Below, in pieces: positions 8,320 through 18,067 of a stretch of DNA of 64,000 bases (position 1 is its first letter; every line of letters starts with the position of its first letter). The DNA is from Coprothermobacterota bacterium (GTDB lineage: Bacteria; Coprothermobacterota; Coprothermobacteria; Coprothermobacterales; Coprothermobacteraceae): the NCBI GenBank assembly GCA_036679065.1, contig JAZIGN010000003.1:384001-448000 (forward strand), read 5' to 3'. The notes beneath the pieces were generated by a model that made no database searches, was not told where the DNA came from, and was given only the letters and a program-made list of their open reading frames with translations. A program made the translations under genes and the position numbers.

Positions 8320-9951
8320 TTATTCTTCCTGTAGGAAAGGATATGTCCAGCTCGTGGGGGGTATGAAGTTTTCTTTTATGGTTCTTGGCGAAATCCAACG
8401 GAGTAAGTTAAAGGGCGAGCCAGCTTTATCGTTGGTTCCGGAGCGGCGAGCGCCTCCGAAAGGCTGCTGACCAACTACGGCTCCAGTGGGCTTGTCGTTT
8501 ATGTAGAAGTTACCTGCTGCGAAGCGTAGCACTTCATAGGCTTTATTAATAGCTTTTCTGTCATTGGCAAATATGCTACCAGTGAGTCCGTAAGGAGAGG
8601 TTTCATTGCAAAGTTGAAGAATTTCCTCATACTGGTTATCTTCATAGACATACACAGTTAGCACAGGTCCAAATATTTCTTCTTCCATGGTTACGAAATG
8701 CGGATCCTGGGTTTCAATTATGGTGGGTCTTATAAAGTACCCTTTAGTTTTATCTCCCTGACCGCCTGCGATGATTTTTGCTACATTGGAGTTCTTCGCT
8801 TTTTCTATGTAGCCCATGATCTTATCAAAGGCGGCTTCGTCGATTACAGCATTAACGAAGTTGCGGAAATCACGAACATCACCCATGCGAATAGATTCAG
8901 TTTGGTCCACAAGTTCTTGTTTTATTTCTTTCCACAGGGATTGTGGTATGTATGCTCTGGAGGCAGCAGAACACTTTTGTCCTTGGTATTCAAAAGCGCC
9001 GCGTATAAGTGCAGTTATGAGAGCTTTCGGATCGGCAGAAGAGTGTGCCACTACAAAGTCTTTACCACCAGTTTCGCCCACAATGCGTGGATAGGTTTTG
9101 TATGTGTCCATGTGTTCTACAATGGTTTTCCAGAAGCCATCAAAGGTGGAAGTTGAACCCGTGAAATGCAAACCTGCAAAGTACGGATCATTGAAAACCA
9201 CGTTGCTAATGTCGGGGCCTGAGCCTGGCACAAAGTTTATAACTCCATCAGGAAGACCAGCTTCCTTATAAAGTTGCATTAGGTAGTAATTGGACAGCAC
9301 TGCTGTGGACGCGGGTTTCCAAACCACTACGTTACCCATAAGCGCAGGAGCAGTGGCCAAGTTCAGTGCAATGGCAGTAAAGTTAAAAGGTGAGACTGCG
9401 AAGACAAAGCCTTCCAATGGTCTGTAATCCATTCTGTTGAAACTGTCGCTTGAGGATACAGGTTCCCATTGGTTGATAAGTGAGGCAAAATAAGGGTTGT
9501 ACCTGAGGTAATCTATACTTTCACATGCAGCGTCGATTTCGGCTTGATAGACGTTTTTACCCTGGCCAAGCATGGTAGCAGCATTTACTAAATGTCTGTA
9601 TTTGGTGCTAAGAAGTTCGGCTGCTTTTAAAAATATGGATGCTTTGTCGATCCAAGACATGTTCGCCCAATCTTTTTTTGCTTCTAGAGCAGCTTCTATG
9701 GCCATTTTTGTTTCTTCTGGGCCAGCTTTGTGATAAGTAGCGAGAACGTGACCATGGTCGTGAGGCATTACTATTTTGCCTGTACGCCCTGTGTAAATTT
9801 CTTTTCCACCAATTATGAGGGGAATTTCTATGGTCGTGTTGCTTTGACGTTCTAACTCTGCTTTAAGCTGTGCCCTTTCTAGGCTCCCTGGGGCGTAGGA
9901 AAGAACAGGCTCATTTTTCGGAAATGGAATGTGAAAACCAGCATCGCTCAT
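8320..9951 (-). CDS. pruA: L-glutamate gamma-semialdehyde (P5C) dehydrogenase
   Basis: NEPVLSYAPGS, SPFNFTAI, HFTGST, GETGGKDF, FEYQGQKCSA, EEIFGP, GTNDKAG. Confidence 0.93.
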   Translation of the reverse strand: MSDAGFHIPFPKNEPVLSYAPGSLERAQLKAELERQSNTTIEIPLIIGGKEIYTGRTGKIVMPHDHGHVLATYHKAGPEETKMAIEAALEAKKDWANMSWIDKASIFLKAAELLSTKYRHLVNAATMLGQGKNVYQAEIDAACESIDYLRYNPYFASLINQWEPVSSSDSFNRMDYRPLEGFVFAVSPFNFTAIALNLATAPALMGNVVVWKPASTAVLSNYYLMQLYKEAGLPDGVINFVPGSGPDISNVVFNDPYFAGLHFTGSTSTFDGFWKTIVEHMDTYKTYPRIVGETGGKDFVVAHSSADPKALITALIRGAFEYQGQKCSAASRAYIPQSLWKEIKQELVDQTESIRMGDVRDFRNFVNAVIDEAAFDKIMGYIEKAKNSNVAKIIAGGQGDKTKGYFIRPTIIETQDPHFVTMEEEIFGPVLTVYVYEDNQYEEILQLCNETSPYGLTGSIFANDRKAINKAYEVLRFAAGNFYINDKPTGAVVGQQPFGGARRSGTNDKAGSPFNLLRWISPRTIKENFIPPTSWTYPFLQEE

Positions 9952-10332
9952 TGGTTATTACCTCCTTTTAAAGGTTAGTGTCTTCACCACCCTGTTCACA
10001 TGTTACCAAATGTTGAACTAAAACTTAACTCAATTTGAATAATATGGTAGTTATGCGTCTCATATGCAGTCACATTTCACTTACACCATCACGTAAATGT
10101 GAATATTATATCTAATTGTTCTACGCAAAAAAGTTTATAAAATTACACAATTGTGGTATAAAATGTAAAGTGAGGTGAAGTAGTTTGACATTCTCGGTAG
10201 GACTTAGAGAATTTAATTAGTTAGAACCTTAAAGTCTAGTTTTTCCAACAAAACAATGTGCAGCCTTGTTGCATACATTCGATGTCACCTCAAATTGATT
10301 CTTAGCTAAACCGTTAGAAAGGAGTCGTTCTT

Positions 10333-10575
10333 TTGGTAGTGGAGGTTTTGGTTCCCGTACTCGGCTTGGGTGTGGAGAAAGTGGAAATTGTAAAGTTCTA
10401 CAAGAAAGAAGGGGAAAGGGTAGAAAAAGGTGAGCCGTTAGTTCAGGTAATTACTTCAAAGATCACTACTGATATTGAAGCCCCGGCTACTGGTATTGTG
10501 AAGAAATTGTATGGTGCTGAGGGGGACCAAATTCCTGTTCAGCAGAAGATTGCAGAGATTGAAACGGAGGGGTAG
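10333..10575 (+). CDS. Stand-alone lipoyl/biotinyl carrier domain protein
   Basis: 80 aa; KEGERVEKGEPLVQVITSKITTDIEAPATGIV matches a lipoyl domain with the attachment Lys; RBS GAAAGGAG. Confidence 0.8.
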   Translation: MVVEVLVPVLGLGVEKVEIVKFYKKEGERVEKGEPLVQVITSKITTDIEAPATGIVKKLYGAEGDQIPVQQKIAEIETEG

Positions 10576-10630
10576 CGAATGGTGAGATCTTTTGGAGAGA
10601 ACGGAAACTAACAGTGAAGGGGGTAATGAA

Positions 10631-11620
10631 ATGCTTTCAAACGAAGACTTAATGTGGATGTACAGAAAACTTGTTCTCCTCCGCCAAGCAGAGGAGAGAT
10701 TAGTTCAGCTGTCCAATCAAGGTAAGGTTGGGACACTTCTAGCTGGTGTAGGTCAGGAAGCCATTCCAGTTGGTGCTGTAAAAACCATGGGATCTGACGA
10801 CAAATGGGCACCGTCTCACAGGGGAGTCTGTGACATGGTGGTGAAGGACGGAGTGGAGCTCAAATACGTTTATGCTGAGGTTTATGGTAAAGCGACTGGT
10901 TACAACAAGGGCAAAGGTGGGTCAATGCACTTGGCTTCCTACAAAGACAACGTGTTGAATCTGGTTGGCATAGTAGGTGGAGGCATTCCTCTAGCAACAG
11001 GATCAGCTTTAGCTCAGAAAAAGCAAAAGACTGGTGGAGCAACTCTGTGTTTCTTTGGCGACGGAGCAAGCAACCAAGGTACCTTCCACGAATCTTTGAA
11101 TTTAGCAGCTGTTTGGAAGTTACCAATTGTTTATGTAGTACAGAACAACCAGTACGCAATGACTACTGCAGCTTCATATGCGGTGTCTGTAAAGGACATA
11201 TCAGAAAGAGCAAAAGGATACGGCATCCCTGGAATGACTGTGGATGGCAATGATGTTTTGGCTGTTTACGAAGCTGTTGATGAAGCTATGAAAAGAGCAA
11301 GGCAAGGTGAAGGTCCATCTTTGATTGAGTGCAAGACGTATAGGTGGTATGGCCACCATGCTGGGGCAGGGGCTGATGAACAAATGGGATGGATCTACAG
11401 ACCTGCGGAGGAAGTTGAAGAATGGAAAGCAAAAGATCCCATACCCAGGTTTGAAAAGAAGCTTGTGGAACAAGGTGTACTTGACGAGAGCAAGAAGAAG
11501 GTCGTATGGGACGAAGTAAATGCCTACATTGAAGAAGCAGTACAGTTTGCAGAATCCAGTCCATGGCCAGATCCCGCAGAAGTGTACACTGACGTGTTCA
11601 CTGACTATATACCTTCATAA
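10631..11620 (+). CDS. ThDP-dependent 2-oxoacid/acetoin dehydrogenase E1 alpha, copy 1
   Basis: GQEA, SHRG, GKGGSMH, ThDP motif FFGDGASNQG...NNQYA, TYRWYGH; start at ATG 10631. Confidence 0.9.
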   Translation: MLSNEDLMWMYRKLVLLRQAEERLVQLSNQGKVGTLLAGVGQEAIPVGAVKTMGSDDKWAPSHRGVCDMVVKDGVELKYVYAEVYGKATGYNKGKGGSMHLASYKDNVLNLVGIVGGGIPLATGSALAQKKQKTGGATLCFFGDGASNQGTFHESLNLAAVWKLPIVYVVQNNQYAMTTAASYAVSVKDISERAKGYGIPGMTVDGNDVLAVYEAVDEAMKRARQGEGPSLIECKTYRWYGHHAGAGADEQMGWIYRPAEEVEEWKAKDPIPRFEKKLVEQGVLDESKKKVVWDEVNAYIEEAVQFAESSPWPDPAEVYTDVFTDYIPS

Positions 11621-11633
11621 GGGGGGACGAGTA

Positions 11634-12600
11634 ATGAGCCAATTAATGTTTCTTCAAGCCATAAACCAAGCTCTCAGAGAAGAGCTTAGAAGAGACGAAA
11701 AAGTAATCCTAATGGGAGAAGACGTCCATACCGGTACCTTCGGCGAAACCAAAGGGATTTTTGAGGAATTTGGACCTGAAAGAGTTATGAGCACTCCAAT
11801 TTCGGAAAGTGGTTTTACGGGAACTGCCGTAGGTGCAGCCATTGGAGGTATGAGACCAGTAGTTGAGTTTATGGTATCAGATTTCATGTTTGTTGCCATG
11901 GATCAGCTTGTCAACCAAGCAGCAAAGACCAGGTACATGACAGGTGGACAAGCTACGATTCCTGTTACTTTTATGGCTTTAAACATGGGTGGGGGGGGCT
12001 GCAGGTCAGCACTCCGACAATACTGCTGCTTATTTTGTGCACACACCAGGGCTCAAGGTGGTTATGCCTTCAACCCCTTATGATGCCAAAGGACTGCTCA
12101 AGAGTGCCATACGTGATGATAATCCAGTCATTTACTTTATGGAATTTAAAGTGTTCATGAATCGAGAGGAAGTACCAGATGAAGATTACACAGTACCCAT
12201 AGGAAAAGGAATTGTAAGAAGAGAAGGGAAAGACGTTACCATTGTTGGTGCTGGTTACGCGAATTACCTAGCCATGCAGGTAGCTGAGAAACTGGCGGGC
12301 GAAGGCGTATCAGTGGAAGTTGTGGACCCGCGGACACTTACCCCTCTTGACGAAGATGTAATCCTGGGGTCGGTTGCAAAGACTGGTAGATTGGTTGTAT
12401 GTGACGATGATTGGAGGCAATGTTCCTTTGCTTCGGAAGTCTCTGCTGTGGTTGCGGAAAAAGGATATGTATATTTAAAAGCTCCTATTAGAAGAGTAAC
12501 TAGAGCTCAAGTACCTGTCCCGCATTCTCCTGTGCTTGAAAGGGAAATGCTCATAAGCGAAGAAAAACTGATCAAAGCAGTTAAGGAAATACTACAGTAA
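11634..12600 (+). pseudogene. E1 beta, copy 1, frameshifted at a G8 tract (pseudogene, phase-variable gene or sequencing error)
   Basis: N-half (MSQLMFLQAINQAL..TPISE..DQ) and C-half (QHS..AKGLLKSAIRDDNPV..) are in different frames joined at GGT-GGGGGGGG-CT (11991-11998); 7 G would restore the frame. Confidence 0.8.
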
Positions 12601-12616
12601 GGAATTAGGCAGATAG

Positions 12617-12672
12617 CCATGAAGGGAGTAGAAATGTTTGACGCACTGTTACATGCTCCCTTCATGGGTTTT
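12617..12672 (+). terminator. Putative terminator separating the two E1 pairs
   Basis: CCATGAAGGGAG...CTCCCTTCATGG 12-bp stem followed by GTTTT. Confidence 0.55.
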
Positions 12673-13053
12673 GCACATGAGATATGTACAGGATGCTGTA
12701 ATTGTAATCATAGTCGTTGCGTTGCGGTGTGGGTGAGATTTAGAATGCTGTTATTGATGCTGGTTTAAGTATTGTCACTATGCTCTTATATGTTCAAGTC
12801 CTTGGCTTTCTTGTGATCCCTGCTGTGTTTTAAGTACCTTTCGAAGCTTCCGATAATGTTCTTATAAAAGCTGTTCTGTTGAACGGGGAAAGTGAGATCT
12901 CGAGCGTTAGCGGGATTGTTGAGATCCTGGCTTTTGCTTGGTGAGAGAACAAGTTTTTTCTTGAGCACAAGATTGTCCAGAATGGAAAGGAGATGTTTGC
13001 CTATGATCTGATGCCTGCGAAAGTTAAAAGCAAAAAGTAAAGGGGGTAATTAA

Positions 13054-14043
13054 ATGTTGTCCAATGAAGATCTTATTGAAATGTATGAGAAGATGGTTCT
13101 TTTGCGCCAGGCTGAAGAAAAACTTGTAGAACAATCCTCTAAAGGAAAGGTATGGACACTGTTGGCTGGCGTAGGACAAGAGGCAATCCCAGTGGGAACT
13201 GTGAAGGCGTTAGGACCAGAAGACTACTGGGAGATTTCACACAGGGGTACTAGTGACGCTGCGGCACGGGATGGTGTCGATCTGAAACGTTTGTTTGCCG
13301 AGGTACACGGTCGAGCTACCGGGTACAGCAAAGGCAAAGGCGGCAACATGCACGTTGAGGCGTTTGAAGCTAAAGTACTTCCTATGTTGAGTATTGTAGG
13401 TGAGTCCATTCCTGTCTCTGCAGGTGTTGCCCTGGCGCAAAAAATGAAGAATACTGGCGGAGCTACGATTTGTTTCTTTGGCGATGGTGCTTCTAACCAA
13501 GGAGTCTTCCATGAAGGTCTTAACCTTGCCACTATATGGAGGTTACCTGTAGTCTATTTGGTTCAGAATAACCAATATGCTGTGTCAACCCCAGCTTCTT
13601 ACGCAGTTTCTGTGAAGAACATTTCCGAAAGAGCGAAAGGTTATGGAATACCGGGAGTAACAATTGACGGAAACGATGTACTGGCCGTTTATGAGGCGGT
13701 TAGCGAGGCGTTGAAGAGAGCAAAAGAAGGTGAAGGTCCTACTTTAATTGAGGCTATCACATACAGGTGGTACGGCCATCATGCGGGGGCGGGAGCCGAC
13801 GAACAAATGGGGTGGATCTACAGACCTGAGGAAGAAGTTGAAGAGTGGAAGAAAAAAGATCCTGTCGCGAATTTTGAGAAAAAGCTGATGGCTCAAGGAA
13901 TACTTACCGAAGAGAAGAAAACACAGATTTGGGACAAAGTGAATAAGCAGGTTGAAGAAGCCGTAGAGTTCGCGGAGTCCAGTCCATTCCCGGATCCGAG
14001 TGAAGCTTTCACAGATGTTTACACGGATCTTGTTCTTCCTTAG
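13054..14043 (+). CDS. ThDP-dependent dehydrogenase E1 alpha, copy 2
   Basis: Clear paralog of 10631..11620; GQEA, GKGGNMH, FFGDGASNQG, NNQYA. Confidence 0.9.
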   Translation: MLSNEDLIEMYEKMVLLRQAEEKLVEQSSKGKVWTLLAGVGQEAIPVGTVKALGPEDYWEISHRGTSDAAARDGVDLKRLFAEVHGRATGYSKGKGGNMHVEAFEAKVLPMLSIVGESIPVSAGVALAQKMKNTGGATICFFGDGASNQGVFHEGLNLATIWRLPVVYLVQNNQYAVSTPASYAVSVKNISERAKGYGIPGVTIDGNDVLAVYEAVSEALKRAKEGEGPTLIEAITYRWYGHHAGAGADEQMGWIYRPEEEVEEWKKKDPVANFEKKLMAQGILTEEKKTQIWDKVNKQVEEAVEFAESSPFPDPSEAFTDVYTDLVLP

Positions 14044-14058
14044 AAAGGGGGGATTGTA

Positions 14059-15027
14059 ATGAGTCAGAAGATGTTCGTGCAGGCAATAAATGAAGCTTTA
14101 AGAGAGGAACTCCGGCGAGACCCTAATGTGTTTATGATGGGAGAGAACTTGGAGCTTGGCATGTTTGGTGCTGAGGCAGGGCTATATGAAGAATTTGGCT
14201 TCGAGCGGATAAGGTATACACCTATTTCTGAGGCAGGGTTTACGGGGCTTGCCACAGGTGCGTCACTATTAGGGATGAGACCTGTGGTGGAATATGGAGC
14301 AGCGAGTTTCATGTACGTGGCAGCAGACCAAATGATCTCAGTTGCTGGGCGCCTCAGATACGCAACCGGAGGAGATGTATGCGTGCCAGTTACTTACCTG
14401 GCTATGAGCATGGGTGGTGGAGGTGCTGGACCTCAACACTCCGATAATATATGCTCACTATTTGTTCACTATCCGGGATTTAAGGTAGTGTATCCCTCCA
14501 CACCATATGATGCAAAGGGACTGCTTAAGAGTGCCATACGTGATGATAACCCAGTAGTCTTTGCCTATGACATAAGATCTGCTATGGTGAAAGGTGAGGT
14601 GCCAGATGAGGAATACTTAGTACCCATAGGCAAAGGCGACATAAAAAGAGAAGGTAAAGATGTCACAGTAGTAGCTGCTGGATCCACGAACACAATGGCC
14701 CTGGAGGCTGCTGACGAACTGGCTAAAGAAGGCATTTCCGTAGAAGTCGTTGATCCGAGGACTATAAAACCTTTGGACAAAGAACTAATCCTCAGCTCTT
14801 TGGAAAAGACTGGAAGATTGGTAGTCTGTTTAGACGATTACAGGGATAGTTCTTTTGCTTCGGACGTAGCTGCCATTGCCGCTGATGAGGGATTTAAATT
14901 CTTGAAGGCTCCTGTAAAGCGAGTTGCCAGAGCACAGGTGCCACCTCCATATACAACCGTACTTGAAAGAGAAGTTATGCCTGACAAGGACAAAATAGCG
15001 AGGGCCATAAGAGAAGTATTGCAGTAA
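14059..15027 (+). CDS. ThDP-dependent dehydrogenase E1 beta, copy 2 (intact)
   Basis: TPISEAGF, GMRPVVE, GPQHS, DAKGLLKSAIRDDNPV, VDPRTIKPLD. Confidence 0.9.
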   Translation: MSQKMFVQAINEALREELRRDPNVFMMGENLELGMFGAEAGLYEEFGFERIRYTPISEAGFTGLATGASLLGMRPVVEYGAASFMYVAADQMISVAGRLRYATGGDVCVPVTYLAMSMGGGGAGPQHSDNICSLFVHYPGFKVVYPSTPYDAKGLLKSAIRDDNPVVFAYDIRSAMVKGEVPDEEYLVPIGKGDIKREGKDVTVVAAGSTNTMALEAADELAKEGISVEVVDPRTIKPLDKELILSSLEKTGRLVVCLDDYRDSSFASDVAAIAADEGFKFLKAPVKRVARAQVPPPYTTVLEREVMPDKDKIARAIREVLQ

Positions 15028-15059
15028 CTACAGCTAGTTCCAAAGAATTATGAAGAACA

Positions 15060-15092
15060 GGGTGGCGGCACTTTTGCCGCCACTCTTCCTTT
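15060..15092 (+). terminator. Terminator after E1 beta copy 2
   Basis: GGGTGGCGGCA-CTTT-TGCCGCCACTC then TTCCTTT. Confidence 0.65.
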
Positions 15093-15602
15093 AAAGTGGT
15101 GGTTTGACTAATCTGGCTATTGTATTTGATTCTTCCAAGAACTTCAAACGAGACACGCCCAATCGTGTTAGGTAACTATCATAGGGATGTTCCGAGTAAA
15201 GCATCTGAGCAGCGCGCGGGGTTAATGATAAGTCCATGTTTAATGCTTTGCTTAAGTTTCTGATAAGGGAGGGCAGAGAAGCAATAAACGATTTACTTCC
15301 ACTAAGGAGGAAGGTTTTTTGAGCTGTTCCTGGTAAACGAGCTTTCTTTGTATTTTGAGTAATGCTGTTTTTTTGAGTGTGAGGAAGGAAGCTACTCCCC
15401 ATACTTACTATTACCGTATACGAAAATTACTTTTTTGCCGACATATTCTGAAAAAGACTGATTCTGCATTGATATTCGATGAACGTTCTTGCTTGGATTT
15501 CAAGTTGTGATAACGTTATAGAGTTCACACGGTGCTAAAGTTGAATTAGTAACCTCCTTTATTCCTTCGAAGCATACATTATGCGAAATGGGGTGAGCGT
15601 GA

Positions 15603-16295
15603 GTGATTAAGCTTATCGGTATCTTGATTGTTGTCGTAGGGTTCGTATTCAGAGTAGATGCTTTGCTCATTGTTCTCATTGCTGGTGTGATAACGGGTTT
15701 AGTATCTGGTCTCAACTTTATGGAGATTCTAAGTATTATGGGGAAAGCTTTTGTAGACAATCGTGCCATGTCTTTGTTCGTGCTGACGTTACCTGCTATA
15801 GGCTTGGCGGAGAAACATGGTTTAAGAGAGCAAGCTGCCAAGCTGATTAGCTCCATAAAGGCTGCTACTGCAGGAAGGATTATGTCTTTGTACTTGGCTC
15901 TTAGGGTTCTTATTGGAGCCTTGGGGCTGAGGTTAGGAGGACATGCTCAGTTTGTAAGACCTTTGGTGGCACCAATGGTCACGGGCGCTGTTCAGGCAAA
16001 GTATGGGGTTGAAGAAATACCAGAAGATCTCTACGAAGATTTAATGGGTTATTCCGCTTCTTCTGAGAATTACGGAAACTTCTATGGTCAGAATATCTTT
16101 GTTGCTGCCAGTGGGTTACTTCTCATTCAAGGCGTTTTCAAAGAGGCTGGCATTGAAGTGGACCTTTTGACCATGTCAAGGTATGCCATACCAGTGGGCA
16201 TCTTTGCCATCATCTATGGAACTCTGCAGTACCTTATGCTGGACCGCAAGATTCAGAAGTATTTTAGTGAAAGGAAGGTGAATGCAAATGGCTAG
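15603..16295 (+). CDS. DUF969 family membrane protein (putative 5-oxoproline transporter subunit)
   Basis: LGGHAQFVRPLVAPM, ENYGNFYGQNIFVA; adjacent to DUF979 and pcp. Confidence 0.85.
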   Translation: MIKLIGILIVVVGFVFRVDALLIVLIAGVITGLVSGLNFMEILSIMGKAFVDNRAMSLFVLTLPAIGLAEKHGLREQAAKLISSIKAATAGRIMSLYLALRVLIGALGLRLGGHAQFVRPLVAPMVTGAVQAKYGVEEIPEDLYEDLMGYSASSENYGNFYGQNIFVAASGLLLIQGVFKEAGIEVDLLTMSRYAIPVGIFAIIYGTLQYLMLDRKIQKYFSERKVNANG

Positions 16296-17211
16296 CATAG
16301 TTACCTTGGACAACATATATTTTCTTACTGGATTAGTTCTTATCATTGTATCTGTTTACACAGTTTTTGATAAAGGGAATCCTGCACGTTATACCACGGC
16401 GCTATTTTGGACACTTTTTGGGCTGACGTTCATGGCACCGATTATTCACCTTCCTGATACCGTAGTCGGAGCTTTTCTCGTTGTTATGGCTTTGTTGTCA
16501 GGGTTTAAGCAAATTAGAGTGGGATCTGCTAAAGAATCAAGCGTGGAGTACAGAACTGCGGAAAGGGATAAGTGGGGAAACAAGCTGTTTATACCTATTC
16601 TGATCATACCCATTGTAACGTTTGCGGTTGCTCAGTTTACAAAGTTAGGTGCTTTGATGGGACTGGGGCTGGCATCTATAGCGGCCATAATCGTCGCCAT
16701 GATAATGTTCCGGGAAGGATTTGGCAATACCATGCAGGAGGGACGGAGACTCATTGATGCTGTGGGTGCAGCAGCCACGTTGCCTCAGCTCTTGGCTGCG
16801 CTAGGTGCTGTTTTTAATGCTGCTGGTGTAGGTGCGGTGGTGGCTTCGCTCATATCCGCAGTGGTGCCAACGCAATATGCTTTGGGTACTCTTGCTGCCT
16901 ATTTTATTGGTATGTCCTTGTTCACAATAATAATGGGGAATGCATTTGCTGCCTTTGCTGTGATCACTACAGGTATAGGCATACCTTTGGTTATTGAAAT
17001 GCACGGTGCAAATCCTGCGATTTTGGGTACATTAGGTATGCTCGCAGGTTACTGCGGAACACTGATCAGTCCAATGGCTGCGAACTTTAATATTGTTCCA
17101 GTGGCTTTGCTAGAAATGAAGGACAATTTCGGGGTTATAAAGCGGCAGGCTCCTGTTGCTGTGGTGATGTGGATCACCATTTTGATTTTTGCATACATAA
17201 TCTTGTTTTAA
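16288..17211 (+). CDS. DUF979 family membrane protein (putative 5-oxoproline transporter subunit)
   Basis: GNKLFIP, LPQLLAALGAVF, IMGNAFAAF, GYCGTLISPMAANFNIVP. Confidence 0.85.
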   Translation: MASIVTLDNIYFLTGLVLIIVSVYTVFDKGNPARYTTALFWTLFGLTFMAPIIHLPDTVVGAFLVVMALLSGFKQIRVGSAKESSVEYRTAERDKWGNKLFIPILIIPIVTFAVAQFTKLGALMGLGLASIAAIIVAMIMFREGFGNTMQEGRRLIDAVGAAATLPQLLAALGAVFNAAGVGAVVASLISAVVPTQYALGTLAAYFIGMSLFTIIMGNAFAAFAVITTGIGIPLVIEMHGANPAILGTLGMLAGYCGTLISPMAANFNIVPVALLEMKDNFGVIKRQAPVAVVMWITILIFAYIILF

Positions 17212-17229
17212 GGAAGAAAGGAGGAATCC

Positions 17230-17856
17230 ATGATGTCGAGGATTTTACTGACAGGCTTCGAGCCTTTTGGTGGAGAAAAAGTAAATCCTTCCGAGCTTGC
17301 TGTAAAGCAGCTGGAAGGCAAGACCATTGCTGGGCTAGAAGTGGTAACAGGAGTTTTACCAGTGGTCACAGTTAAATGCATTGACGAGGCGGTGAGACTA
17401 ATTGAGAAGTATGAACCTGTGGCTGTAATAAACGTGGGGCAAGCGGGTGGACGTGTAGAACTGAGCATAGAGAAGGTAGCTATAAACGTTAAAGACTACC
17501 GCATACCCGATAATGAGGGTAACCAAATTCGTTATGCACCTGTGGTGGAAGTTGGACCAGATGCCTACTTTGCTACCATACCCGTAGAGAAGATTGCTGA
17601 CTCACTAGTGGAAAAGGTAATTCCTGCTTCTGTTTCTTATACAGCTGGGACATACTGCTGTAACGAGGTATTCTATGGTGTTTCACATTACTTGAGAAAT
17701 AATGAGCCCGGGGTTTTGAACGGTTTTATTCACATCCCGTTCATATTAGAGCAGGCAGCAGGTGCAAAACCGCCCAGGGCGAGCATGCCTCTGGAGGTCA
17801 TTGTGAAGGGGCTAGAAATAGCCGTGGAAGTGGTCGCAGAAGGATTAGAGAAATAA
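17230..17856 (+). CDS. pcp: Pyroglutamyl-peptidase I
   Basis: ILLTGFEPFGGEKVNPS, GQAGGR..EKVAIN, AGTYCCN (Cys), GFIHIP (His). Confidence 0.95.
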   Translation: MMSRILLTGFEPFGGEKVNPSELAVKQLEGKTIAGLEVVTGVLPVVTVKCIDEAVRLIEKYEPVAVINVGQAGGRVELSIEKVAINVKDYRIPDNEGNQIRYAPVVEVGPDAYFATIPVEKIADSLVEKVIPASVSYTAGTYCCNEVFYGVSHYLRNNEPGVLNGFIHIPFILEQAAGAKPPRASMPLEVIVKGLEIAVEVVAEGLEK

Positions 17857-17880
17857 ACACATAAACAGAATTGTGTATGT

Positions 17881-17918
17881 ATGGAGGGTGATGTGTGACT
17901 TTCACCCTCCATTAGTTT
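17881..17918 (+). terminator. Terminator after pcp
   Basis: ATGGAGGGTGA...TCACCCTCCAT stem then TAGTTT. Confidence 0.6.
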
Positions 17919-18067
17919 GACTTAAAAACACATGGGTTTACTGAAGCTAATCATTTGGTATCATTTTTGCTGAGGGATGTCACTTTTGAAAAGTGTATTG
18001 TGTGGGTCAAAGGAAACGTAGTTGTGCTGTGTAATCTAATCCCGTAGAAAAGAGGAGGTAGTCTTTA

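Noticed and set aside
10141..10150. AATTACACAA shared between the E1 upstream region and the hydrolase promoter spacer
   Set aside because: A 10-bp AT-rich match that is plausible by chance
12786..12968. 60-aa - strand ORF between the two E1 pairs, considered as an E2 remnant or regulator
   Set aside because: No recognisable motif or RBS and antisense to the operon; cannot be supported
4044..15027. Idea that the atypical KAS III is the missing acyl acceptor for the lipoyl/E1 system, as in some natural-product clusters
   Set aside because: The genes are in different, oppositely oriented operons separated by MFS and pruA, and there is no ACP; only proximity supports it
15091..15402. 103-aa - strand ORF after E1 beta copy 2
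   Set aside because: No SD and no family motif; may be a real hypothetical protein but there is no evidence
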